Below are positions 33,150 to 44,000 of a DNA stretch of 44,000 bases, in pieces. The position numbers were made by a program, and so were the translations under genes. Positions within the stretch are counted from its first letter, which is position 1. Every line of letters begins with the position of its first letter. The DNA is from Chiloscyllium plagiosum (taxonomy: Eukaryota), in contig NC_057753.1 of NCBI RefSeq assembly GCF_004010195.1, positions 5,086,462-5,130,461 of the forward strand, written 5' to 3'. The notes under the pieces were generated by a model, which ran no database searches, was not told the origin of the DNA, and saw only the letters and a program-made list of their open reading frames with translations.

Positions 33150-33525
33150 TGTGAAATTTCGGGATGTAGAGGACATTAGTTTGGCCAGTTTTGAGATAAC
33201 TGCAATCAGTTCTATTCTCCCTGCTCTGAGAAATATGTTGTGAAACTTGGAAGGGTTCAGAAAAGAATTACAAGGATATTATTTAACTATAACCTGGTGT
33301 TGTGTGATTTTTAACTTTGTATATCCCAGTCCAACACTGGCATCTCCAAATCAAGGATATTGGAGAGTTTGAGCTATGGGGGGAGGCTGAATAGGCTGGG
33401 GCTATTTTCCCTGGAGTGTCAGAGACTGAGAGGTGACCTTTTAGAGGTTTATGAGGGCCACGGAATAGGGTGAATAGCCACGGTCTTTTTCCCAGGTTAA
33501 GGGAGTCTCAAACTAGAGGGAATAT
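33150..33525 (+). mobile_element. CR1 fragment
   Basis: Standard ORF2 C-terminal DNA motifs. Confidence 0.8.
33281..33351 (+). mobile_element. Penelope-like 3' end, 71 bp, with 10-bp TSD CAAGGATATT
   Basis: TSD at 33271-80 and 33352-61; same terminus as the copies ending at 20612 and 42173. Confidence 0.85.
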
Positions 33526-33528
33526 ATG

Positions 33529-33597
33529 TGATGTGGAGGTGCCAGTGTTGGACTGGGGTGGACAAAGTTAAAAATCTCACAACATCAGGTAATAGTG
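33529..33597 (-). mobile_element. Penelope-like 3' end, inverted copy
   Basis: Approximate reverse complement of 33285-33352. Confidence 0.75.
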
Positions 33598-33960
33598 TTT
33601 TTTTATGACAGAGTTAAAATCAGTCAGCAGAGCTAACTGCTAATGAGGTAATGATTGAAAGAAAGGAACTGCTGGGAACCAGGGGAATGTGTCCTTGTAA
33701 ATCGTAGAGAAGACAAATTCCAGGTAACTTTCCCTCGCTTCCTGCCAATACCCAGCAGAGTAGACAAAGAAGAGTTAAGAGCCAGCACTGGATGAAAAAG
33801 TGACGGATATTGATGTAAGGCAACAGTCAGGAATGAAGATACTGAAGATCAAGCTGAGGGCCCCTGAAGATCCATCCAGCAGACTTGTGTAAGTGACTGT
33901 GGACACTCAGGACATAGATGTTTACACTGATTGATAGATCCATAGAAGATATGGTAGAGG

Positions 33961-34445
33961 ACAGAGAATCTGCTCAACTTTTATTTCTCCATTGTTGAAG
34001 CTTCAATCCTGCCAATTAATAAACTAAGGTATAATTTAGAATCATCTCCCTCTATACTGGTCTTGACCATTTCATTACAATGAGTTATTTCTAAAACTTA
34101 TAGAATGTATCACGTAATATTTGTCCTGCTAAATTCAATCAGATATCTCCCTACCTTCTTTACTAATTTGTGTATTAAGAATACTCCCTGTTTTAAATCT
34201 CTGGGAATTGATCTTTGCCCATAGATTCAGCCCACATCATTTTTCTATCTTGAGAAAATCAATGGTCTCCTAGCACTGACCATGGGGACAGCACCGTTTC
34301 CATCTCAGAAATATCCATTAAGATGACTCTCTGTTTTCTGTCCTTGGCTAAATTTTCAATCCTGATGCTCCATTTTCCTTAATATCAACACCATTTGCTT
34401 ATGAGCAACCCGCTTGTCTGTTACCCTATCAAACCCATTTTGCCA
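33961..34445 (+). repeat. Duplicated block, copy B; distal part is an old minus-strand CR1 RT relic
   Basis: Collinear with 28822-29367 plus 30088-30110. Confidence 0.85.
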
Positions 34446-34560
34446 ATTCATCTGCGCCACAGCCCTTCTTTGCTCACTGAGCATTGTGTGAATCACTCAT
34501 GTAATATCTGTTGTCTGTCCAGCTCAGTTATATATTCTGGGTAACTGTAAAATAAATCAG

Positions 34561-34720
34561 AAGTGTTGGAAAAGCACAGCAGGTCAGGCAGCATCCGAGG
34601 AGCAGGAAAATCGACGTTTCGGGCAAAACCCCTTCATCATTGCTTCATGCTGCCTGACCTGCTGTGCTTTTCCAGCACCACTCTAATCTAGACTCTGATC
34701 TGCAGTCCTCACTTTCGCCA
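34561..34720. mobile_element. Fold-back short element with a hammerhead core and 15-bp TSD
   Basis: TSD TGTAAAATAAATCAG; about 32-bp inverted arms; minus strand aTGATGAaggggttttgcccGAAAcGTC. Confidence 0.9.
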
Positions 34721-34829
34721 TGTAAAATAAATCAGCTTGTGTTACACGTTTCTGGACTTGAGTGTTTTTACTATCTTTAAGAAAACTTAGTTCCTTTTGA
34801 AGGGCTCCCTCTCTCTCCCACCTCCTCTC

Positions 34830-35205
34830 TGATTGAGACATATAAGATTATTAAAGGATTGGACACTCTGAAGGTAGGCAGCATGTTTCCGCTGATGGGG
34901 GAGTCAAAAACCAGAGGACACAATTTAAAAATAAGAGGTAGGACATTTAGAACAGAGTTGAGGAGAAACGTCTTCACCCAGAGAGTGGTGGGTGTATGGA
35001 ATGCTCTGCCCCAGAAGGCAGTGGAGGCCAAGTCTCTGGATACTTTCAAAAAAGAGATGGATAGAGCTCATAAAGATAGCGGAATCGAGGGTTATGGGGA
35101 TAAGGCAGGAACAGGATACTGATTGTAGATGATCAGTCATGATCATAATGAATGGTGGTGCTAGCTTAAAGGGCCGAATGGCCTGCTCCTGCACCTATTG
35201 TCTAT
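34830..35205 (+). mobile_element. CR1 3' end
   Basis: TRGHNLKI..FTQRVVGVWNALP. Confidence 0.9.
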
Positions 35206-35539
35206 CCTCACCTCCATCAAGTGTGAAGAACACATGGTGGAACCCTTTGTCCTAATTCTAATGACAATGTGATCTTCTAGTCTCCGTTCTGGACAAACAC
35301 TTTTCTATATTTTCTTCCCTGATACCTTTTCAGAGCAAAAATATTGATCCCTCAGCTCATTCCCACTCGCAAATCTGACACTTGTTATGAGCCGGACCAA
35401 CCCCCTCAACATATATTAAGAAGATCGCCTAGACCCTAACTTTTTCTTATTTTAAAGGTAAATACCAAGTGTTGTATTCTGGATACAGTTTTATTGGTCT
35501 TGAAGCAAAACACACTTTCTTCATCTACTATAGATAGCG

Positions 35540-36100
35540 AGTTTTGAAAAGATTTGTAGCTCAGCTTGAGGTTTTGGATGTAGGTTTGCTTGCTGAGTTG
35601 GAAAGTTCATTTCCAGACGTTTCATTACCCTACTAGGTAGCATCTTCAGTGGGCCTCTGGGCGAAGCAATGCTGAAAATTCCTGCTTTCTATTTATATGT
35701 TTGGGTTTCTTTGCGTCGGTAATGTCATTTCCTGTAGTGATGATTTTTCCTGTCGTGAAGTCACTTCCTTTTCTCAGGGGGTGTAGATTAGATGGGGCCT
35801 AACTCGATGTGTTTGTTGATAGTGTTCCGGTTGGAATGCCATGCTTCTATGAACTCTCGTTTGTGTCTTTGTTTGGCTTGTCCAAGGATGGATGTGTTGA
35901 CCCAGTCGAAGTTGTGTCCTTCCTCATCCATGTGTGAGGACATTAGTGAGAGAGGGTCATGTCTTTTTGAGGCTAGTTGGTGTTCATGTATCCTGGTGGC
36001 TAGTTTTCTGGCCTGTTTGTCCAATGTAGTGTTTGTTACAATCCTTGCATGGTATTTTGTAAATGACATTAGTTTTGCTTGTTGTCTGTACGGGGTCTTT
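35540..36100 (-). mobile_element. Penelope-like element 3' part (GIY-YIG endonuclease plus pseudo-LTR)
   Basis: RKLATRIHEHQLA..HNFDWVNTSILGQAKQRHKREFIEAWHS..INKHIEL. Confidence 0.9.
35613..35652 (-). ncRNA. Minimal type I hammerhead ribozyme motif
   Basis: ccaCUGAAGAugcuaccuaguaggguaauGAAAcGUC|ugg: intact core, 3-bp stem I, stem II with one mismatch. Confidence 0.75.
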
Positions 36101-36814
36101 CTTTAGTTAAAATAACCAAAAGAATGAAGAAATTGGTATAACTTAATTCTATAGGACAACTTAGCAAAATGACAGATTATTTAACTACAAAACAGCAACT
36201 GTTTCAATAGTAACATCACATAAACACCCCCTTGGCAAAGGCAAATTCAGTAAAATAGATCATCGCACATGCAATTCTCCTGTCCAGGATGAAAACAAGC
36301 AAGAGTTAACCAAGATAGATAGAGACAGAGTAGCAACTTCTACTGTAAAACTACCATTCCTGGTTTTATAGAAGTTTAACTGCACCCATTCAGGCTGCTT
36401 CTGTTATTCCAACACTTTTGAAAGCAACCCAAGGCCTCAGAAGACGTTAACTTTATTGGATTCAAATAGACAACTCATCACCTGGCTTAAAACCTCTCTT
36501 CAAATAAAAAGGACAAAATACACCTTTCAAAGCTATCGTATCATCACACACTGAATTGTTTCTCACTACTCTGTGTGACACTCCCATGTCATCGCTGCTG
36601 TCTGTCCTGAATGAATCCATTTTACTGACAAATGTGCTCCAGCCCCACATAGCTTCCTCTGTTTAAAGCCACAAACAAAAAGATTATGTTGTCTCCTAGA
36701 GTTTGACACAAAGCAGTGCTTCAGTGTGAGCTGGAGTACTTGCAGTACAAGTTTATACCCTGAACAATTAGAGACATGTGCAACCACCATCTTAACAGAC
36801 TCTGCAAAGTCTGG

Positions 36815-37085
36815 AGTGAAAGTAGGCCATTCAGCCCATCAAACATGCTCCAACATTCATAATGGCTGATCTAATAATCCTCAACCACATTTTCCTATCT
36901 TTCTCCATTAACCCTTCATTTCATTACTGATTAAAAATCTGTCTTTCTTGACTATTTAGTGAACCGGCTTCAACACCCCCATGTGGTTTGAGAGTTCAAC
37001 AGATTCACAACCGGCTGAGAGAAAACAGTCTTTCACATTTCTATTGTGAATAGGCAACACTTTGTTCTGAGATTATGCACCTTGC
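36815..37085 (-). mobile_element. CR1 3' fragment
   Basis: agtaggccattcagccc tail and C-terminal motifs. Confidence 0.7.
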
Positions 37086-38699
37086 TGGGGAGAGATTTTA
37101 AAGAGAAGTCTTGAGTTCCATACACAGCAGCATAACTCGAGCTTCTTACCAACACAGCATGGGTTATGTCTCTAGGACCCTCTGACTCCCCCAGTCAACT
37201 ACATTATATTTACACGTTCCACGTGACAACATTTATGTGCTACATTGACATCGGTGTTTGCCACACACCCTCTGACTGACATATCCAATCCTGTGAATAC
37301 ATGATCAATGATGGACATCTTCATGAACAACCCTAGGCCCTCCCATTATCTTGTGATGTTTGCCAGACCCCTGTCACCTGTACTTGCGCTCTTACAATAC
37401 ATGTTATGGACCACATTCCAACACTAATTGTTCTATCCCATCCCAGATATTTGTCAGCTACATCATATATTTGCTTGTTACAAATGACTTCTCAAATTCC
37501 GTTCTGCAATTTATCATCAGTGCTAACCTTAATACAGAAGGTTAGAAAGGACGTTAACTTCTACTAATTGTTATAAAGTTGTAATATCAGCTCTAATATA
37601 AAGTTACTCATAGTTACACATAATACTACAATTCTGTGACAAAGCTGACAATTTTGGGAGCAACTTCCCCTAACTCGACCTTGAAAGGTCAAACAAAGAC
37701 AGTCTCTCTTGTCTAGCAGCTGTCATTTACAACTTCTTATATTTGCACACTGTAAGATGGTTTCAACAGAAGTTTTAATACCAGGATGGCTTTTATTGTC
37801 AATATTTTAAAGACTTTTCATACTCATTCTCCTTACTAAATAAGAAAGCATCTATTCAAATCCAATTGATAGGAACGAAATTCTATCACTTTTACAGTCA
37901 TTAAAAAGAAGCTTATTTGGACCCTTTAAGGTTCTACAGGACATGACCTCTCTCTCACCCTTGTCTTATCATTTTTCTCTGTCATCCTTCCTTTGTTCTT
38001 TCCGCTGTCAGTCAGGTTGTGAGAGTTTATTTTCTCACGGTCATGATGACTCTGTCTCACAATTGTTCCTGCCCTCCCTGCTATGTTAATTGTCTCTTGG
38101 TACTCTTTTTCAGAGGTCCATCTTATTTATGCTTTCTTGTTGTTCTAATCTCCCTGATGATTGAATGAAAGCACGTCTTTACTGCCTGTAGCTATTTATT
38201 TAAAGGAAATTCACTTGAATCCCTTAATGTTAGTTCGATGGTTGCATTTATCATTTCAACATCTTGGTGTATTTAATATGTCATGACAATTGCGTAACAA
38301 GTCTTGATTATTGTGGTATAACCTTTCTTCTAATCTGTACTAAATAACAAACTTCAAACTAACTGGTACTAGGTGCTTATTAAGGTTGTCCTAGAGTGTT
38401 TATTGATACCAATCTCTGCGTCCAAGGCTGACGACCTGGAGAAGTCTGCAATGTCTTTAACTTACATTTAAACCACTGTTATTGCACAAATGTATGTGTC
38501 TAGTCTGACATGCAATTATAATGATGTAACAGGCCTCATCGAAGATGGGACAAGCTTTCCCTTTCCATTTCATATTGAAATAGGCAATTTCAAATCGGAC
38601 AGTTTCCATGCTGTGAAGGCTATGATTTGAGTTGCATTAAATCAGCTACAATTTTGTTTCAACCATCTTGTGTCAGCTAAACTTAAAAAAAACCGACAA

Positions 38700-38765
38700 T
38701 ACTCTTTGGAGGGTCGATGTGGACTTGTTGCGCCGAAAGGCCTGTTTCCACACTGCAGGGATTCT
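38700..38765 (+). mobile_element. HE1-like SINE tail fragment
   Basis: actctttggagggtcgatgtggacttg...ccacactgcagggattc. Confidence 0.75.
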
Positions 38766-38774
38766 TAAGAAAAA

Positions 38775-39310
38775 AGGTCACCTCTCATTGTTCTATAACA
38801 CACTCAGTACAAGCCTAATCTACTTAACCTCCCCTCATAAGAGTCCTTCCATACCTAGTATCAGCCTAGTGAATGTTCTCTGGTCTGCCTGCAATGCAGT
38901 GTATCCTTTCTGAGATAAGGAGCCCAAAACTGTTCACTGTATTCCATCTGTTCACTGACAAGTGCTTTCTATTGTTTAAGCAATTCTCCCTAATTTTATA
39001 CTCCATTTCCCTTTGAAATAAAGGCCAATATTGTATTTGCCTTCCTAATACTTGGATGCTAGCTTTTTGTGATACCATGGATGAGGCGTCCCAATTTCAT
39101 TGTTGTTCTACAGCTTTCTGCAGTCTTTCTCCATTTAAATAATATTCAGATCCTTCATTCTTCCTGCCAAAGTGCATAACATCACATTTCTCCACATTAT
39201 ATTCCAACTGCCCAAGGTTTTGTCCAGTCACGTAACCTGTCCATATCCCTCTCTAGACTTCCTGTGTCAACCTTCACCACTTGCCTTCCCACCTATCTCT
39301 GTAAACTTGG
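38775..39310 (-). mobile_element. Old CR1 fragment
   Basis: Degenerate WQLEYNVEKCDVMHFG and EYxxQFWAPYLRKD. Confidence 0.75.
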
Positions 39311-39429
39311 TTTACAGTTTCCTAATCAATGTATTTAATATGTTATAAACAGTATCCTTCAGTGCTCTAATTTCTTCCCACAGTCCAAAGATGTTGATTG
39401 GAGATGTTTCCTCCCACAGTCCAAAGAAT

Positions 39430-40080
39430 TTGAATGCTGAATACAGGGTTAAAGACATGATTCTTGGCAGTGTGGAGGAACAGCGGGATCTTAGGGTCCG
39501 TGTACATAGCTCCCTCAAAGTTGCCACCCAAGTTGATTGGGTTGTTAAGAAGGCGTATGGTGTTTTTGCCTTTGTTAAAAGGAGGATTGAGTTTAAGAGC
39601 TGAGAGGTTTTGCTACAGTTCTTTAAAATCCTGGTTAGACCACACTTGGAATATTGTGTCCAATTCTGGTCGCTTCATTATAGGAAGGAAGTAGTTGCTT
39701 TAGAGAGGGTGCAGAGGAGATTTACCAGGATGCTGCCTGGATTGGAGGGCTTGTCTTATGAAGAGAGATTGAGTGAGCTAGGGCTTTCCACACTGGAGAG
39801 AAGAAGGAAGAGAGGTGACTTGATGAAGGTGTACAAGGTAATGAGAGGCATAGATAGAGTGGATAGCCAGAGACTGTTTCCCCAGGGCAGAAATGGCTGT
39901 CAATGAAGAGTCATAATTTTAAGGTGATTGCAGGAGGTTTTAGGCGAGCTGTCAGAGGTAGGTTCTTTACACAGAGAGTGGTGGGTGCATGGAATGCACT
40001 GTCAGTGGTGGTAGTAGAGTCAGAGACATTAGGGACATTTAAGCGACTGCTAGACAAGCACATGGAAGGCATTGGAATAG
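39430..40080 (+). mobile_element. CR1 fragment
   Basis: VRPHLEYCVQFWS..LERVQRRFTRMLP. Confidence 0.9.
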
Positions 40081-40134
40081 TTCATATTTAGTAGGAAAAT
40101 AATCTATTATTCTGTCAAGTTTTCATATAGAATT

Positions 40135-40575
40135 AAGTTGAAAGGGTTCAGAAAAGATTTACAAGGATTTTGCCAGGGTTGGAGGGTTTGAGCTATAGGG
40201 AGAGGCTGAATAGGCTGGGGCTATTTTCTCTGGAGTGTGGGAGGCTGAGGGGTGACCTCATAGAATTTATAAAATCATGAGGGGCATAGACAGGTTCAAC
40301 AGACAAGGTTTTTTTCCCTGGGGTAGGTAGTCCAGAACTAGAGGGCATAGGTTTAGGGTGAGAGGGGAAAGATATAAAAAGGACCTAAGGGGCAACATTT
40401 TCACACACAAGGTGGTACATGTATGGAATGAGCTGCCAGAGGAAGTGGTGGAGGCTGGTACAATTGCAACATTAAAAGGCATCTGGATGGGTATATGAAT
40501 AGGAAGGGTTTGGAGGGATATGGGCTGGGTGCTGACAAATAGGACTAGATTGGGTCAGGATATCTAGTTGGCATG
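40135..40575 (+). mobile_element. CR1/HER1 3' fragment
   Basis: Closely similar to 31710-32140. Confidence 0.9.
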
Positions 40576-40619
40576 GGAATGCTTTAGTTTTGGAAAGGTG
40601 TTGAATAAATACAAACTTA

Positions 40620-41435
40620 GAAAGGATAGAAAATACAAGGATCGTAAAAGAATGAAGGAAATCAAAGGGAAGGCATGAAAAGAAACATTAACAAGCAAGA
40701 TAAAGAAAAACCCAAAGATGTTTTACCAGTATATATAGAGCAAAAGAATAGTTAAAGAAAAGATGGGACCTATCAGAGATGAATGGGTGAGCTTGCGTGA
40801 TGATGCTGGGCATCTAGGAAGAATTATAAATAAACATTTTGTCATTGTATTCATAAAGGAAAGGGATACTCCAAGAGGAGCAGTATGAAATATTGAGGAA
40901 AATAATTGTAATGAGAGAGGAAGTGTTAGGGGATTTGGAATCCTTGAAAATGGATAAGTTGCCAGGACCAGATGGATGTTGAAGGAGGTCAGGGAGGAAA
41001 TAGCACACACTCCTGAGGATTATTTTCCAACCTTCACTGGATACAGGTGAGGTGCTAGAAGACTGGAGGAAAGCAAATGTGGTTTCGTTGTTTAAAAAGA
41101 GTACAAAGGAAATACCAAATAATTACTTTGGTGATGGGCAAATTGTTAGAATCAATGCTGAGAGGTTGGCTAAATAGTCACTGAGAAAGGCGTGGACTAG
41201 TCAGCAGTAGCCAGCATGTCTTTGTTGAGGGAAGGTCATGCCTTTCAAATTTGATTGAATTTTCTGAGGAACTGACAAGGTGGGGTTGATGAAGGTAGTG
41301 CAATGGATGTTGTCTGAGTGGATCTTAGTAAGGCAAGGTCTCACATGGCAGACAGTGATGTGAAAGCCCATACGATACCAAATAATGTATTGAATTGGAT
41401 CCAAAGTTGGTTGGGTAACAGGAAACAAAGACTTG
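40620..41435 (+). mobile_element. Old CR1 pre-RT and RT fragment
   Basis: PGPDG, DWRKANVV.LFKK and SCLSNLIEF motifs. Confidence 0.75.
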
Positions 41436-41674
41436 TTGAATTTCAGTTTCTAATCTCCAGCGTACCTTGGGTTCTTTTTTGTTATTTAGTGCTAAAGAAA
41501 TACAAATTATTGTCAATCTAGACAGGTATCAATGTTCTTCCTTGCTGGAGGAATGATCTGTAAGTTTTGACTCAACAGGAGCACCTACACCACAGCGACA
41601 CAGCAGTGGTTCAACAAACACAAACGTAGTCATCTCCACAGGTGCTTGGGGATCGGCAACATATTACTGGTTGT

Positions 41675-42275
41675 AGAGATATACATCATGGAAACAGACC
41701 TTTCGGGCCAAAGTGTCTGCCAACTGGATGTCCTAACCTAATCTAGTCCCATTTGCCAGCACTTGGCCCATATCCCTCTAAACCCTAGTTATTCATATCC
41801 CCATCCAGATGCCTTTTAAATGTAATTGTACTAGCCTCCACCACTTCCTCTGGCAGCTCATTCCAGACATGCACCACCCTCTGTGTGAAAAAGTTGCCCC
41901 TGAGCTTCCTTTTAAAATTTTCCCCTCTCACCCGAAACCTATGCCCTCTAGTCCTGGACATCCCCATCCCAGGGAAAAGACCTTGTCTATTGACCATATC
42001 CATGCCCTTTATTAAAAATAACACAGTGCCAGGTTATAGACCAACAGGTTTAGTTGGAAGCACGAGCTTTCAAAAGCTCGTGCTTCCAACTAAACCTGTT
42101 GGTCTATAACCTGGTGTTGCGTGGGGTTTTTTTTGGCTTTGTACACCCCAGTTCAACATGGACATCTCCAAATCATGCCCTTTATGATTTTATGAACCTC
42201 TGTAAGATCACTCCTCAGCCTCTCCCTGTAGCTCAAATCCTCCAACCCTGACAACATCATGGTAAATCTTTTCTC
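41675..42275 (-). mobile_element. CR1/HER1 3' fragment with a nested hairpin element
   Basis: TRGHRFRVRG..FTQRVVHVWNELP. Confidence 0.9.
42013..42173 (+). mobile_element. Penelope-like 3' end with a perfect 42-bp fold-back and 12-bp TSD
   Basis: Arms 42029-70 and 42073-114; TSD CATGCCCTTTAT. Confidence 0.92.
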
Positions 42276-42379
42276 GTTAGAAATGCTCAAACCCCAAAAC
42301 TCAATTGCTGAAATCCACCCCCACACAGAAAATGGAAACCATCCCCAGCCCACAGTGTCCCCCATCTACAGAAGAGTAG

Positions 42380-42720
42380 GGGGGGGGCAGTGCGCAGGCG
42401 CGAACAGAGCATGCGCAGAGTGGGTCATGGCGAGGAACGGAGGTATCTTTTTTCGGATGCGGGAACGGTGAGGCTCAGGCAGGGATCGAGAGAGCCGAGG
42501 ACGAAGGGGCGGCCAAGCTTTGTGAAGACCTTACGTCAATCGCAAACCCCCCGAATGAGAAGCTCCGTCTCCGTCGTATGCGCCAAACGGCGCGACAAGT
42601 CCAGGCTTCATCCTCAGTAATAGGCCCCGGGGAAACCGCCATCTTTATTCGGGGCACTGGGCGATAGGGCGCAAGTTGTGTGGCCATTTTTGTTGGGGGC
42701 AATGTTTGGCATCCAGTAAT
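42380..42720 (+). promoter_or_regulatory. CpG-rich promoter and exon 1 resembling 11490-11745
   Basis: NRF1-like TGCGCAGGCGC and GCATGCGCA, donor ACG|GTGAGG at 42468, paired GCCATYTT composite motifs. Confidence 0.7.
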
Positions 42721-42747
42721 AGGAAATGTCGAGCTTGCTGTAGGAAC

Positions 42748-43080
42748 CATAGAATCCCTCGTGTGGAAACAGGGCGTTCAGCCCAACAAGTCCACACCGA
42801 CCTCCAAAGTAACATACCCAGACCCATTACTCTACATTTACCCCTGACTAATGCACCTAATCTACACACCCCGAACACTATGGTCAATTTAGCATAGCCT
42901 ATCCACCCTAACCTGCACATCTTTGGAGTGTGGGAGCAAATCAGAGCACTCGGAGGAAACCCATGCAGACACGGGGAGAATGTGCAAACTCCGCACAAAT
43001 AGTCGCCCGAGGCTGGAATCAAATGAGGGTCCCTGGCGCTGTGAGGCAGCAGTGCTAACCGCAGAGCCACCGTGCCACCC
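42748..43080 (-). mobile_element. HE1-like SINE, full length
   Basis: Tail, body and head in reverse. Confidence 0.9.
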
Positions 43081-43097
43081 ACTATGTAGACAAGTTG

Positions 43098-43458
43098 TCA
43101 TAGAGTCATACAACACAGAAACAGACCCTGTGGTCCATCTCGTCAATGCCAACAAAGTTTCCCAAACTAAACACAGTCCCACTTGTCTGCATTTGGCCCA
43201 TGCCCCTCCAAACCTTTCCTATTCATGTACCTGTCCAAATGTCTTTGAAAAGTCATAACTGTACCTGCATCCACCACCACCTCGAGCAGATCATTCCACA
43301 TACATACCATCTCTGCATGAAAAGGTTGCCTCTCAGGTCCTTTTTAAGTCTTTCCCCTCTTACCTTAAATGTATGCTCCTGCACTTTGGGCTCCCCCACC
43401 CTGAGAAAAAGAGCTGAGCTATTCACCCTATCCATGCCCCTTATGATTTTATAAATCT
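43098..43458 (-). mobile_element. CR1 3' fragment
   Basis: Standard tail and C-terminal motifs. Confidence 0.85.
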
Positions 43459-44000
43459 CATTGTTGTGGTTCTGTTCGCCGAACTGGGAATTTGTGTTGC
43501 AGACGTTTTGTCCCCTGTCTAGGTGACATCCTCAGTGCTTGGGAGCAACCTGTGAAGCGCTTCTGTGATCTTTCCTCCGGCATTTGTAGTGGTTTGAATC
43601 TGCCGCTTCCGATTGTCAGTTCCAGCTGTCCGTGGCAGTGGTCGGTATATTGGGTCCAGGTCAATGTGCTTATTGATTGAATCTGTGGATGAGTGCCATG
43701 CCTCTAGGAATTTCCCTGGCTGTTCTCTGTTTGGCTTGTCCTATAATAGTAATGTTGTCCCAGTCGAATTCATGTTGCTTGTCATCTAAATGTGTGGCTA
43801 CTAAAGATAGCTGGTTGTGTTGTTTCGTGGCTAGTTGGTGTTCATGGATGCGGATCGTTAGCTGTCTTCCTGTTTGTCCTATGTAGTGTTTTGTACAGTC
43901 CTTGCATGGGATTTTGTACACTACATTGGTTTTGCTCATGCTGGGTATTGGGTCTTCATTCTGGTGAGTTGTTGTCTGAGAGTGGCTGTTGGTTTGTGTG
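43459..44000 (-). mobile_element. Penelope-like element (GIY-YIG endonuclease and pseudo-LTR with mutated hammerhead); runs off the window
   Basis: VVYKIPCKDCTKHYIGQTGRQL..RIHEH; hammerhead at 43499-43538 gcaCUGAGGAuguc...ggacAAAAcGUCugc (G12 to A). Confidence 0.93.

Larger units (their letters stand above)
35383..36548 (-). mobile_element. Solo LTR with a nested Penelope-like element
   Basis: TGTTATGA...TCATCACA termini; 4-bp TSD CACT at 35379-82 and 36549-52. Confidence 0.75.

Noticed and set aside
37100..38680. Long AT-rich stretch, possibly decayed retroviral sequence
   Set aside because: I could not find any supporting motif or ORF by eye; it needs BLASTX or Dfam
39376..39428. Short direct repeat tcccacagtccaaaga
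   Set aside because: Small SINE-derived scraps with no further structure

Overview
Repeat-dense vertebrate DNA. The repeat inventory (HE1/V-type tRNA SINEs with (TCTAA)n tails, HER1/CR1 LINEs, Penelope-like elements) points to a cartilaginous fish, probably a shark; this is inference. The window is part of a cluster of C2H2 zinc-finger genes with no KRAB or other effector domain visible. There are two intact minus-strand ORFs (12 fingers at 8896-9978, 11 fingers at 26760-27698), one dead divergent ZNF exon relic (about 11933-12115, +) and three CpG-rich promoter-like islands (about 11.0-11.8, 32.2-33.0 and 42.4-42.7 kb). The rest is mostly CR1, L2 and L1 fragments, SINEs, solo LTRs, an LTR with a tRNA-Ser primer-binding site, and Penelope-like elements. 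Three observations stand out. (1) Short non-autonomous elements carrying hammerhead ribozyme motifs insert as fold-back hairpins with long (10-21 bp) target-site duplications, and their turn points fall in the ribozyme core. (2) A 21-bp composite motif, GCCATYTT-N5-GGGGCAMT (YY1-like plus THAP-like), occurs as a pair exactly 45 bp apart in two separate promoters. (3) The ZNF genes share an architecture: dead upstream finger, MEKPWKC start finger and a conserved 3'UTR motif. Repeat boundaries are approximate, and family names come from motif recognition, not database searches.
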